Positions 22,550 through 35,437 of a DNA stretch of 46,091 nucleotides are shown piece after piece (within the stretch, counting starts at the first letter, position 1; each line of letters opens with the position of its first letter). The position numbers were made by a program, and so were the translations under genes. The notes beneath the pieces were generated by a model that was given only the letters and a program-made list of their open reading frames with translations, made no database searches and was not told the origin of the DNA. Origin of the DNA: Chiloscyllium plagiosum (taxonomy: Eukaryota); assembly GCF_004010195.1 (NCBI RefSeq), contig NC_057752.1:12435925-12482015 (forward strand). The letters are read 5' to 3'.

Positions 22550-23781
22550 TTTACTCTATCCTCATGTTACCATCATCCGTGTCTGTGGTGAGGTGATCAT
22601 TCCTTACAAAGTAGATCAAATCTGTACAGAGTGCCCCTAATGCTCTCTCAGCAAGGCTCTACAACAGCAGGAAGATGGCTTTACTTATGTACACGAATCA
22701 TCTTACAATGAAGGACAGCATACCATTGTCTGCACCCATTGCTTACACAGGGATAGATTCGGAGCAGTCAGCATAGACTTATGAGTGGGAGATCATGCTT
22801 CCCAAATTTGTTAGAGTTCTTTGATGAATTGACCAAGAAGGTTGATATGAGGGCCGAGCGGTAGACGTAGTTTCAATGGATTTCAGTAAGACCTTTGATA
22901 CGGTTCCACATGAAAGGCTGCTCTGGAAGTTCCGTCACGTAAAATTCTGGCGGAAATGGCCAGTTGGCTTGATGGTAGGAAGCAGAGGGTTCAGTAGAAG
23001 GATGCTTGTCAGACCGGAGGCTGGGTGCATGGCTGTTTGTTATCTATGATTTGGTTGAGAATGTGCAAAGCATGATTTGTAAGTTTGCAGATGACACTAA
23101 AATAAGTGGTATCGTGATCAGTGAGGAAGTTTAACAGATATTGCAACAAGACATTAATCAGGTGGTTTACTCTATCCTCATGTTACCATCATCCGTGTCT
23201 GTGGTGAGGAGATCATTCCTTACAAAGTAGATCAAATCTGTACAGAGAGCCCCTAATGCTCTCTCAGCAAGGCTCTACAATAGCAGGAAGATGGCTTTAC
23301 TTATGTACACGAATCATCTTACAATGAAGGACAGCATACCATTGTCTGCACCCATTGCTTACACAGGGATAGATTCGGAGCAGTTAGCATAGACTTATGA
23401 GTGGGAGATCATGCTTCCCAAATTTGTTAGAGTTCTTTGATGAATTGACCAAGAAGGTTGATATGAGGGCCGAGTGGTAGACGTAGTTTCAATGGATTTC
23501 AGTAAGACCTTTGATACGGTTCCACATGAAAGGCTGCTCTGGAATTTCCGTCACGTAAAATTCTGGCGGAAATGGCCAATTGGCTTGATGGTAGGAAGCA
23601 GAGGGTTCAGTAAAAGGATGCTTGTCAGACCGGAGGCTGGGTGCATGGCTGTTTGTTATCTATGATTTGGTTGAGAATGTGCAAAGCATGATTTGTAAGT
23701 TTGCAGATGACACTAAAATAAGTGGTATCGTGATCAGTGAGGAAGTTTAACAGATATTGCAACAAGACATTAATCAGGTGG
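22550..23781. repeat. Tandem duplication, 616-bp unit (22550-23165 / 23166-23781)
   Basis: Direct comparison; few substitutions. Confidence 0.95.
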
Positions 23782-24540
23782 GGACGTGGGCCGAGAAATC
23801 GCAAATGGAATTCAATATTTTTGTGTGAGGTCTTGCATTTTGGAAACTCAAATCAAGGTAAGTTGTTCATGGTGAATGGGAGGGTATTTAGGGGTGTAGT
23901 GGGCAGAAAGACCTTGGCGTTCAGGTGCACAATTGTCTGAGAGTTGAGTCACAGGTAGACAGTGCAGTGAAGAAAGGTTTTGGCACACTGGGCTTCATCA
24001 ATCAGGGCATTGAGTGTAGAATTTGGGAATTTATGTTGCAGTTACCCAGGATTTTGCTAAGGCCGCACTTGGAGTATTGTGTTCTGTTTTTGTCACGTTG
24101 TTTTAGGGAGGATGTCATGAAATTAGAAAGAGCGCAGAAGAAATTTCCAAGGACATTGCCAGGACCCAACGGTCTGAGTTATAGGGAGAGGTTGGGCAAG
24201 GTCGGACGTTTTCTTTAGAGTGTTGGAGATTGAGGGGGAACCTTATAGAGCTATTTCAGATCACGAGGGGTATGGGTATGGTTAATGTTCTCAGTCTTTT
24301 TCCAAGTTATAGAGAATCGAGGATTAGAGGGGATCAGTTTAAGGTTAGAGTGGAAGGAATAAAAGGGAACCTAAGGGGCCACTTCTTTACACAGAGGATG
24401 GTACGTGGATGAACTGCCAGCAGATGTTGTTGAAGGGGGTATATTAACAACATTTGAAAAGCATTTGGATAAATATGTAGATAGGAAAGGACTAGAAGGA
24501 TGTGGGCCAACTGCAGTGAAATGGGGTGAGCGTGGATGGA
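23365..24540 (+). mobile_element. CR1 LINE RT to 3' end (first part also duplicated at 22750-23165)
   Basis: VDVVSMDFSKTFDTVPHERLL, KFADDTKI, CEVLHFG, RPHLEYCV. Confidence 0.9.
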
Positions 24541-26317
24541 CATTTACAAGGTGGAGTCGAACCCCTCCCTTAATTATAACCAACACACAGAAAAGCTCGC
24601 CTCACCTCATAATCTTTTAAAATATGAGCGACACAAATCTCCTACATTCTACTATTTAAACAAAAATTAACAAGTTAGTTTCTTTACTGTAATAGTGAAC
24701 ACTAAGCAACAACTATTCACAAATACAAGCTCCTCTTTTCTGAACTACTTACTATCTGCATCCAACTCTGTAAAAATATGCTGTTCCAACAACCCAAATA
24801 TTAAACATTACAATCTTAAGACCACACAGTCTCTATCTTCCCCGCTGAGTTCACTCTTCCAGCTGCTGATCTCCCTGGGTCATGTTTTTTTTTACTGCAA
24901 GTAGGTTTGCCATGTACATGCATCTTTGATAGAGAGTGTTTGAGATGGCCAGTTAGCACTCCTGATCTATAGCAGTTACTCTGCTGTTGGATGGCAGTAG
25001 CTGTCCCTTCAGTGTTCAAAATGCTGGCTTTACATACTCCCCATGATACAATCATTCTCATAATTTGATTGCTTTCCAGGTGTTCAAACAATAATATTCA
25101 AATTCAGTTGGCTTCTGGTAACCTGAGCGTTATTTAAACTCTTTGCTTGCATTTGAATTGCTGTCAAAACAGCAACCAAAACTCAGGTATCCATTTCCCA
25201 GCTAATTGTGACATGTGGAACAGTCTGACCTTTAGCTGGCATCTGTGGCTGTACTTTCTATTCAGCAAAACCTGTTCTGTTTTAAAGTGACCGGACAAGC
25301 TTTCGGCTTCATAACACATTCCCACTTCAGAAAAGAAAATGAACCATCAGAATGAAAATATGGCATCAATTCTTTTCCTCTAATTCTTAATCCCAATATT
25401 ATAAAATACAAAAGTATTAATCTCAGTTATACCATTCATATTAATTCTGCGCACCTATATAACACTGGAATAAGTCAAATCTTATCTAACCGTTTTTCTT
25501 TAAATCTGCGATAACACATCTGCTATCACATTTTAGTACGCACAGCATGTACATTTTGTAAGTTTAAAGCCAGTAACATAAGACTGCAATGAAATAGTCT
25601 CACATCCTAATCTTTAAATATTCCAAAAAAATGCGAGAGCTTTGTCGTTGTCCACAATCATCTCCGACAATTTGTTTGTCATATAAACATTAAAATATTG
25701 TGAGTCTAGTGCGAAACTTAATCATTCTTTTTCAATCATGGAGACGTTGTATTTTTTTTCTGGTGGACATTGATTTTTTTTGACAAGTAGCCAACTGACC
25801 ATTCAATTCCATCATCTTTCTGTATCAATACATCTCCAAGCCCTATATCCCTAGCATCAAGCACAATTTTCTTTTTTTTTCAAAATATTTGGTGTAGCTC
25901 TAACGGTGAGAGTGAGTGACAGAGTGTCAGTTCCAGGAATGCAGTTTGTTCTTGGGAACGATTTATCTGGATCCAAGGTGGGAGAGGCACTCCCTGTGAT
26001 GGAGAAGTCAAAGGAAGACTAGGGAACTGGGGAATTGAAAGAAAATTACTCAGGATGTTTTCCAGACTGTGTATTAACAAGCTCCCATAAGTTACAGCAG
26101 GAAGGAAAAATATAAGAAAAAGACAAAGGAGTTGATGTTCAGTTAACTGACACCCTGTTTGATGTGACAGTGCAGAAAAATTCCTGAACAGGCAGAGGGT
26201 CAGGCAGGGGTGGGAAATCGTCAGAGTTTCAGAGTTTATATCTGCCACCTGCTTTACTCAATGATGTGTCCTTTTCGGGTGCTGTTTAGACAACTGACCT
26301 ACTCCATCTAATCTCTA

Positions 26318-27459
26318 CCTCAACTCACATACATAATCCAAGTGTGAGATCTCTGACTTTGGTCCTGTCAATTTATATTTAATTTATTTTAAGGACCTCT
26401 CACTTCATGTAAGAATATTAACTCAAAGGAAGTAAACTGAGTAGATTTATTTGGGGCATCTCCGATGGCAAGCAATTTAATGGAACCCTTTATCATAATC
26501 ATTCAGGCAATCTTGACATTATGCTGTTAACATGGTCTTCAGCGTTTGATGCTAATTTTCCAAGGCTCTCCGGGATTCAGGATGGGATACACTTGATTCG
26601 AAGTGCTATATGCCTAAGCTATCCATCACTTCTTAAAAGGTAAAATGAGGTAAAATGAGAACCTTGATCTGACTGAATCTCTCTGCGTAACCCACAGTGA
26701 GTAAAGAAAGCTACCAAATCCTCCACCTCCCTTTTTTGCCTTTACACTCCATAATGGAATTGCCTCTGGAAATCTGGGAGACACATCCATTATCGACATC
26801 AAATATTAGTTTCCACTTTTAGTTTAGAAAGAGGAGCTACACAATTAGTCATAACGTAAGGGAAATGTTCTTCGAATGCAGGAATTGGCCTCAACTCACA
26901 TACATAATCCAAGTGTGAGATCTCTGACTTTGGTCCTGTCAATTTATATTTAATTTATTTTAAGGACCTCTCACTTCATGTAAGAATATTAACTCAAAGG
27001 AAGTAAACTGAGTAGATTTATTTGGGGCATCTCCGATGGCAAGCAATTTAATGGAACCCTTTATCATAATCATTCAGGCAATCTTGACATTACGCTGTTA
27101 ACATGGTCTTCAGCGTTTGATGCTAATTTTCCAAGGCTCTCCGAGATTCAGGATGGGATACACTTGATTCGAAGTGCTGTATGCCTAAGCTATCCATCAC
27201 TTCTTAAAAGGTAAAATGAGATAAAATGAGAACCTTGATCTGACTGAATCTCTCTGCGTAACCCACAGTGAGTAAAGAAAGCTACCAAATCCTCCACCTC
27301 CCTTTTTTGCCTTTACACTCCATAATGGAATTGCCTCTGGAAATCTGGGAGACACATCCATTATCGACATCAAATATTAGTTTCCACTTTTAGTTTAGAA
27401 AGAGGAGCTACACAATTAGTCATAACGTAAGGGAAATGTTCTTCGAATGCAGGAATTGG
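26318..27459. repeat. Tandem duplication, 571-bp unit (26318-26888 / 26889-27459), inside the Gypsy integrase
   Basis: Direct comparison; near-identical copies. Confidence 0.95.
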
Positions 27460-28315
27460 CAACAAAGGTCCTGGTTTTATTACTGCCTGTGACTTACCGA
27501 CCATTTGGCATGTATGACATTTAGAACAAAAAATAACCACGTCCTTGTGCACTCCAGGCCAATAGAAATGCTTATGTACCTTAGCCCGAGTCTTCCGTAC
27601 ACCTAGGTTATCTCCTATAGTTAGTTCATGTGCTACCCATAACACTGTATGCTATCCGTAACACTATATGCTACTAGTAACACAATCTGTTGCAGTTCTG
27701 CCCATGTGTCTTCCGCACTAAACTATTGTGATCTCTATTTCAATTTTAGGATTTTATCTTTAAGTTAGTAACGTTCGACAATATATTCTGTTTCATTTTC
27801 TCTGTGTGTATATGTGTAAGTGTGTGTATCTGTTGTAAGTCCGTTAGCCTTTCAGGACAAAACACCTCTGCCTGACCCTCTGCCTCTTCAGGTATTTTTC
27901 TGCACTGTTACATCAAACAACATGTCACTTAACTGAACATCAACTCCTGTGTCTTTTGTTTTTCCTTCCTGCTGTAACTTATGACAATGGGATCTTGTTA
28001 CCACACAGTCTGGAAAAAAATCTGAATATTTTTCTTTCAATTCCCCAGTTCCTTAGTCTTCCTTTGACTTCTCCACCACAGGGTTGCCTCTCCCACCTTG
28101 GATCCTGTTAAATCGTTCCCAAGCACAAACTGCATTCCTGGAACTAACACTCTGTCACTCACTCTCACCGTTACTTCCCCAATCTTGATTTGGCACTCCA
28201 ACTTGATGTCACACAAGAGAATGCTTAATTTTTGTCCCCATTCCACAAGTTATCATGCTCTTGAGTAACATGTCAGAAAGAGTGAAAATACTTCCATCTC
28301 TTATTATTAGAGCGG

Positions 28316-28973
28316 GAGAGAAAGTGAAGACTTCAGATGCTGGAGATTAGAGTTGAAAAGTGTGGGGCTGGAAAAGCACAGCAGTTAGGCAGCATCCGAG
28401 GGGCAGGAGAATCGATATTTCAGGCAAAAGCCCTTCATCAGGAAAGTGGGGGGTAAGGGAGGGGGAAGAGGTTGAGAAATAAATAGAAGGGTGGGGGTGG
28501 AGCTGGGTTGAAGGGATCTTGGAAGGCGATAGGTAGATGCAGGTGGGTGAGGATGATGATAGGTCGAAGAATTTGGTGAAGTGGATAGGTGGTAGGACAG
28601 CTGGAACTCTCAGACTATACCACATCAACATCGACATAACCAATTTCCAAATCTCCCGTTCCCCAGCTTCATCCCAGATCCAACCGTTCAACTTAGCACT
28701 GCCCTCTTAAACTGTCTTAATTGTCCATCTTCCTTCCCACCTATCCAGTCCACCCTCCCTTCCGACATATCACTATCACTCCCACCTACATCTTCCTTTC
28801 GCCCTCCCAGTGACCCTTCCCCCAGCCTAGCTCCTCTCCTCCGATTTATCTTTCAGCCCTCTTGTCCGCCGCCACATTCCTGACGATGGGTTTATGCCTG
28901 ATATGTCGATTGTCCTGCTCTTCGGATGCTGCCAGATCTGTTGTGCTTTTCCAGTGCCCCAACTTCTCAACTT
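28316..28973. mobile_element. Old Penelope (family A) tail-to-tail inverted fragment nested in the Gypsy element
   Basis: Minus arm 28316 to about 28605 and plus arm about 28606-28973. Each carries a decayed hammerhead (28414-28441 minus; 28880-28907 plus). Confidence 0.8.
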
Positions 28974-30338
28974 TTAGAGACTGAGCAGATCCCGTATCTC
29001 ACAAAATTGTATCTGCTTGTCCTTCTCTCCCTATTTTTCTGAGTAAACTTCAACCACAGAGGCGAATTATTTATAGAGATCAGGCACTGCCTCCATACAC
29101 AGCCCCTGCCTCGGCAGTGCATTCTTCTGCAGCTCCTCGGCTCCAATTGGAGTCTCCTTTACCAGTTTCACTGATGTCACTGGGCTTAGCCTCTTCCACA
29201 CATTTCTTTTCAAAGTGCGTTCCTTCACTGCCCAGCGCTGTGTGTCCTAGCTGATTGCAGTGAAAACACCTTTTTCCCAGTGCCCTTCTTAAACCATCGG
29301 CACTGCAATTTTATGCTTTTCACTCCCTTATAGTGAGAACACCTGAGGCCTTTCATCCCCTTTCAACCCCTTTGGGCTTCATTTTTCACCTGTGGTAAAC
29401 TATTGTCAGTGTTCTCTACTGTTCGATTTGTCGTGTAGGATCTCTCCTTCTCCCAGTTTCTATCTCTCACAGGATGAAAATCCTCCCAGAAGCAAAATAT
29501 CATCTCATGCACCAATACATATTTACCTGCCATTTCTGCCGCGCTTTTCATTTCTTGAACTTTCTGATCATTCACATGAATTCTTACCATCTCTGGAAGT
29601 GAGTATTTAAACTCCTCCAGCAGAATGGTCTCCCTTCGAGCCTCACAGATCTTATTCATTTTCAAGGCCAGCACCCATCTATCAAAATGACTGTGTTTAA
29701 TTCTTTCAAATACAACATCAGCTTGCCCTGCTTCCGTCTCTTTATTTCTGAACCTCTGTCTATATGCTTCTAGTACCAACTCATAAGCACTCAAAATAGC
29801 ATGTTTGAAATCTACATAATCTCTTGACCTCTCATCTGACAGCGCTGCACAAACCTCACTAGTTGTGCTCACCAGCTTAGTCTGAACTAGCATTACCCAC
29901 AAGCTCACTTGACACGCCATCTGCCGAGCTATGTTTTCAAAAAATTTCAAAGATTTTGTCATTTTCTCAGCGAAATATGGCAATGTATTAACATAGCTGT
30001 ATACATAGCTTGACATTCTCCCTTCATCTCCATCCTGTTAATTTAACTTTCTTGTCTAATTCCCAACTTCTGAATTTCAAATTATCTCTCTTTTCTTCCT
30101 CTCTTTCTCTTTCTCTTTCTTCTCTCTCTGTTTCCGTCTCTTTCTTTATCTTCTAACTCGAGTTGCCATTTTTGCAATTTAAGTTTTTTTCTAACTCTAT
30201 TGCACTTGTCTGTTTCTCTGATACATCAAAGTGCTTGACCAACTCCATTACAACTTCAGCTTTCCTTTTCTCCTTGATTAAACCCAATTCCAAACTATTT
30301 GCTAATTCTAAAACATGTCCGTCTTTTGTCTTTCTAAA

Positions 30339-30682
30339 CTTTCTTGGAAAATTTGAGAACCTCTTTAGTAATGTTAATTAAAATCACACACCCAGAAAAG
30401 CTCACCTCACATCATAATCTGTTAAAATGCGAGCGACAGAGAACTCCTAAATTCCACTAATAAACAAAAAAATAACAAGTTATATGTATGCAAGTTGGCT
30501 TGCTGAGCTTCTTTCTTGGAAAATTTGAGAACCTCGTTAGTAATGTTAATTAAAATCACACACCCAGAAAAGCTCACCTCGCATCATAATCTGTTAAAAT
30601 GCGAGCGACAGAGAACTCCTAAATTCCACTAATAAACAAAAAAATAACAAGTTATATGTATGCAAGTTGGCTTGCTGAGCTT
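30339..30682. repeat. Tandem duplication, 172-bp unit (30339-30510 / 30511-30682)
   Basis: Direct comparison. The unit spans gag, LTR and Penelope junctions. Confidence 0.95.
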
Positions 30683-31050
30683 GAAAGTGTGTTTTCAGAC
30701 GTTTCATCACCATGGCTAGATAACATCAGCAGAGTCTCTGCTGAAGCGCTGGTGCTTTTTTCCCGCCTCTCTATTTATAGTTCTTGGTTTCTGAAAGGGG
30801 GTGATGTCATGTCCGGTTCTTTTGTTTTACAAGAGAAGTTCGATAGGATCTAAATTGATGCATTTATTGATGAACTTCTGGTTAGAATGCCATTCCTCTA
30901 AGAAGGTCCTTGCGTGTCTTAGTATGTGTGTGCTTTGTCCCAGTAAAAGTGTGCCCTTCTTTGTCTGTATGTATGGAACATAATGATAATGGGTCGTGTC
31001 TTTTGGTGGTAGTTGGTGTTGATGTATCCTGGTAACACGACAACAGGACT
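30652..31050 (-). mobile_element. Penelope (family B) 3' fragment
   Basis: LLGQSTHILRHARTFLEEWHS..INKCINLDPI. The hammerhead at 30698-30732 has a mutated core (CUGCUGA). Confidence 0.8.
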
Positions 31051-31709
31051 GTTTCAATGGCGGAAAAATGACTTTATATACACTGTTTAGTCAATGTGTG
31101 TGCGCGCAGATAAGTAACATTTTTCACATGTGCACAACACATTGTAAATGAACAGAGACACAATTAACGAAAAGTGATGCATATGGTGGATAAAATGTAT
31201 AAAACATTAAAACATTATTTGACGCTCATCCGGCGTGATATGTTCCCGTTCTCTCAACGTTCCCTCCCTTTCTGGAATTCTCTACTCTAATCTCTCATTC
31301 GTAACATGATGTATGCTCCAAAATCTTGCTTCTAGTGTCCCAACTTATTTCAATTAATCCCCTTTCTACCGAAAATTAAATATATTGGCCTGCTGAGTTC
31401 TTTTCAAAGCTAGTGTCTGTCATATTATTAGAGATAAATATTCTGGCATCAGACCCAGCATTTGAACATATTACTCTGTTGTACATGCACTGTCCAAAGG
31501 ACCACAGCATACAAAAATTGCCAAAATATTGGGGGATGTTCATCTACTCCTTTCGATGATCTGGTTTTCTCATTTTGCATATTTCCTCGTCTATATTGTC
31601 TCTCTTTCTCTCTTTGTTGCTAATTAAGAAATCTACCCATTATTCTTCGCGTCCCTTCTCTCAAAACTCCTTCTTTCGCTTTATATCGATTGCTCTCTTC
31701 TCGATGTAA

Positions 31710-31970
31710 TGTGATTATAATTGAGCAATGTAACTACAAAGAAATTCGGGAGGAGCTGGCCAGAGTGAATTGGAAAGGGAGCCGATCAAGGAAGACCATG
31801 GAGCAGCAAAGGTAGGAATGTCTGTGGATAATTCGGAGGATATCAGAAATTCATCGCAAAGAAGATGAAATATGCTCTTGGGAGGACAAGGCAGCCATGA
31901 CCAATACGGCATCAACCAAAAGAGGAAACGTACAATGTGGTGAAGATGATTGGTAATCCAGAGAATTCAT
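31710..31970 (+). mobile_element. Old CR1 fragment (EN-RT linker)
   Basis: NYKEIREELARVNWK and a QPW-like motif. Confidence 0.5.
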
Positions 31971-32489
31971 TGACTCTGAAATTACATACGGCTGGCATCA
32001 CTGACACGATAGAGCTCTTAATCATGGTCAGGGAGAGAAACAGAGGGAAAGACATCCACTTTAAACACAGAAGATGGCATTACTCAAGCAAAATAAGATT
32101 CCAATGAATTAAATAATTGAATTAAAATCTGTAAATTTGTTTTGGGGAATGTGTCAGTTTGGAAACATGACCTGGGGAGAGACCCTCAGCAGAATGAGAG
32201 CACAAAAATGGAAGTATTTCCACATTATAAACCAGAGTAGGTCACTGAGTACAGGGCTGATGGTTAAATGGGTCTCGATGTGATCTAAAGGACAGACAGC
32301 AGAATTACATTGCAGATATTGCAGCTCAAAACTGCATATTTATGTAGTGCTGCAGACCACAGCAGCAGGAGAAACAGACCTGCATTCAACCACATCCTGT
32401 CATTTTTAGCCTCGAATAATCTTTTCAGTCTGCCATTACCATCAACACCATCTGTGTTTCGGTAATTACTGTGGGTGAACATGTCACGG

Positions 32490-33090
32490 TCAGAACCATA
32501 TGAACCTAAACCTGATGCTGATCCATTAAAGCTAACGCACTTGACCAACAGATCTGATCGAAGCTCTGCAGTCCTGCCACATTCAGTCATAAATGGTGAT
32601 GGACGATTAAACAAATGACTGGAGGAAAGGGATCCACAAATATCCCCATACTAAATAGTCGAACAGCCCTGCACATCAGTGTAAAAGGCAAGGATGTAGT
32701 ATCTGCACCATCCTCAGCCAGAAGTGTTGAGTGGATAATCCACCTCAGCCTACTCATGATGCCAGTCTTCAACCAAATTGATTCGCTGCACGTGAAATGA
32801 AGAAACAACTGAACACAGCAGATACGACAAAGGCAGTGGGCCCTGACACCATTCCTGCAATCGGACTGAAGACTTGTACTGCACAATAAGCCGTGTCCCT
32901 GGGGAGGGTGTTTCATTCCAGCTCCAACTCTGACATCTCCCTGGTAATGAGGAAAATTACTCAGCTATGTCCAGTCCCCTAAGAGGAGAATAATTACAAT
33001 CTGACCATTTACCACCCCCTCAGTCCCATCACGACAGTCAAATTGGTGGGAGTTCTGTGCTGTCAAGCAGCACAGAAATAACCTGATCAG
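32490..33090 (+). mobile_element. Second CR1-clade LINE family, RT N-terminal fragment
   Basis: WTIKQMTGGKGSTNIPILN, AVGPDTIPAIGLKTC, and a degenerate NYRPISL. Confidence 0.75.
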
Positions 33091-33117
33091 TGGGGTCTCT
33101 GATTGGTCCCCATGTGG

Positions 33118-33570
33118 AGATGGTGCTATTGTGGAAATGTCACTGGATTAATAATCCATACGAGACTAATGCTCTGGCAGCTGGTGGAAGTTCAAAGCAA
33201 TTAATAACATATCTAGATGCATAACCTGGCTTCAGAATAGTGACCTTGAAGTCAATGTCGATTGTAAACACCAATTTCCTTCTCCAATGTAGTTTCCGGA
33301 AGTGAATCTCCCGTGCTTTGCTGGTCTGGCCTAAAAGTGACTCCAGACACACAGAGAGAAACTCTTCAGTGGTCCCTGAAACGGCCAAACAAGACACTCA
33401 ATTGTTGCGAGGTCTTAAAGCATAAATTCGGACAGAACATTCAGCGCCAGCAACGGTATCAGAAAAGGGATTGGGAAACACAGTCCTGTCGACCCTGCAG
33501 AGACCTCCTTCCTAACATCTGACATCTTATAACAACATTTACAGAACATTCCCACAGACTGCACAGAAAC
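33118..33570 (+). mobile_element. tRNA-SINE-like head followed by the apparent 5' ORF start of a CR1-clade LINE
   Basis: Degenerate box A (GTGG.AATGTCACTGGA), conserved CTGGTCTGGCCTA..GTGACTCCAGAC block, then CCTGTCGACCCTGCA..CTAACATCTG. Confidence 0.5.
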
Positions 33571-33989
33571 ACCGGGAAAGGAGTAGGTCATACAACATAA
33601 TGAGCCATCCCATTCAGTTCATGTTCAAATATTTCCTCAATGCACTTATCCGTTCATGTGATTAACCTTGGGAAGCTATAAAATGGGAATTGCAGTAGTC
33701 CTTTTGGTCGGTGGAGTTTGCTACCCAATTCAATATAATGATGGCTGGCCCTTTATTTCCACACCGTGCTCTTGCTCTCTCTCCCACCCCATCCCTTTTT
33801 GTCACAAAATCCTTATTTATATTCAGTGTCTTGGCTTGCAGGTGCGAGCACATTCCCTAGGTTCACCAATCTGTAAGTGCAGACATTTATTCTCATTTCT
33901 GTGCAGAGTGGCCTGCCTGTACATGGTACTGTGGCCATTGTTTTAGACACCTCAGCCTCGGGAATTATCACTGCTTCCAATCTGTCTCA

Positions 33990-34375
33990 CCCTGTCAGAG
34001 TTTTATATGTTTCACTGAGATCTCCACACATTTTTGTAAAGCCCATGGAATAAAGGCCCAGTAGCCCCAAACTCTGCTCCCACAACAAGCTTGTTATTCC
34101 AGAGATCAGTCTGGTCATCCTTCACTGCTCTCCCTCAGTGTCAGGTTTGTCCTTTATTAGGTACGGAGATCAAAACTGCACACAATACTGCACAATGTTC
34201 GAGGTTGGGGTCTCCCCAAGGGCCTGTACAGCTGCAGTAAGACACCCTTACTCCTGGACTGAAATCCCCCTGAATTGAAGGGCAACACACCATTTATCTT
34301 CCTACCTGCTTTCTGTTCTTGCACTAATGTTTTCAGCGACTGGTTTACAGGGAGATCCAGATCATTTACAGTGTT
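33990..34375 (-). mobile_element. CR1 3' fragment
   Basis: AAACTGCACACAATACT reads as EYCVQF on the minus strand; flanking motifs are consistent. Confidence 0.7.
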
Positions 34376-34761
34376 ACAGCTCCCACCTGGTGGGTCTATT
34401 TATACTGGTCAGCCTGCCAATGCCATTCTTAGTATTGACTTCTGGCTTCAGAACTCACTGCCCTACATGGGCCTCGGAGGTTTATGCAGAAGGAAACAAT
34501 GAAAATGAGCATACGCGCCTTTGTAGGTCAACATGTTTCAAACAATCCCTTTTCAAACCATAGGCTGCCAATCAACGTTGCCACTGTCACCTCTCCTCAT
34601 ACTGCTCTCCAACTGCCATGTATTCGTGCATTCACTCCAATCGTCTCAGTCACCTTGGAGCATTTTAACGACTTCCTCATCCATACACAATCAAACGTCC
34701 TTTCGTGCTGTCAGCAGGCTGGGATATATTGTATTTAACTCCCACAACCAAATGTTTCATG

Positions 34762-35437
34762 GGTATTGTGAACATCTGGGGCCAAGCACTGATCCCTTTG
34801 ATACTTCGGCAACCTTCCTCTGTTAAAACAAAAGGTTTCCAAAAATGTCTTTATTTCGTGAATCTGGGTGTGACTGGCTGGGCCAGCATTTCTTGCCCGT
34901 ATCTAGTTGGCCTTTTAGAAGGTGCTGGTGTGTTGCCTTGTTGAACTGCTGATTTCCACCTGCTGTGGTTGACCTCCAATGCCATTACGATGGAATTCCA
35001 GAATTCTGACCCAACGACAGTGAAGGAACGGTGATATATTTCCAAGTCAGGATGATGAATAGCTTGGAGGGGAACTTGAAGATGGTGGTGTTCCTTTACA
35101 GGTATTGTGAACATCTGGGCCAAGCACTGATCCCTTTGATACTTCGGCAACCTTCCTCTGTTAAAACAAAAGGTTTCCAAAAATGTCTTTATTTCGTGAA
35201 TCTGGGTGTGACTGGCTGGGCCAGCAGTTCTTGCCCGTACCTAGTTGGCCTTTTAGAAGGTGGTGGTGTGTTGCCTTGTTGAACTGCTGATTTCCACCTG
35301 CTGTGGTTGACCTCCAATGCCATTACAATGGAATTCCAGAATTCTGACCCAACGACAGTGAAGAACGGTGATATATTTCCAAGTCAGGATGATGAATAGC
35401 TTGGAGGGGAACTTGAAGATGGTGGTGTTCCTTTACA
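34762..35437. repeat. Tandem duplication, 339-bp unit (34762-35100 / 35101-35437)
   Basis: Direct comparison. Confidence 0.95.

Larger units (their letters stand above)
24543..30650 (-). mobile_element. Degenerate Gmr1-like Gypsy LTR retrotransposon
   Basis: 3' LTR about 24543-25316 with a purine-rich tract beside it. RNase H remnant 25560-25860 (DARDIGLG..GYLSKK..IEKE). Integrase 26400-27645 (AHE..HFYWPGVHKDV..CHTCQ; SDQG). Protease end 28040-28300 (FVLGNDL). CCHC remnant near 29250 (CFHCNQLGH). Gag 29363-30016 (AYELVLEAYRQRFR, LLEEFK). 5' LTR remnant 30361-30650. Confidence 0.85.

Noticed and set aside
29363..30016. 217-aa ORF as a domesticated SCAN/gag host gene
   Set aside because: It sits within a decayed LTR element with disrupted flanking frames, and there is no evidence of selection.
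34484..34738. Possible Harbinger Myb/SANT remnant (HFNDFL)
   Set aside because: Too little similarity to support.
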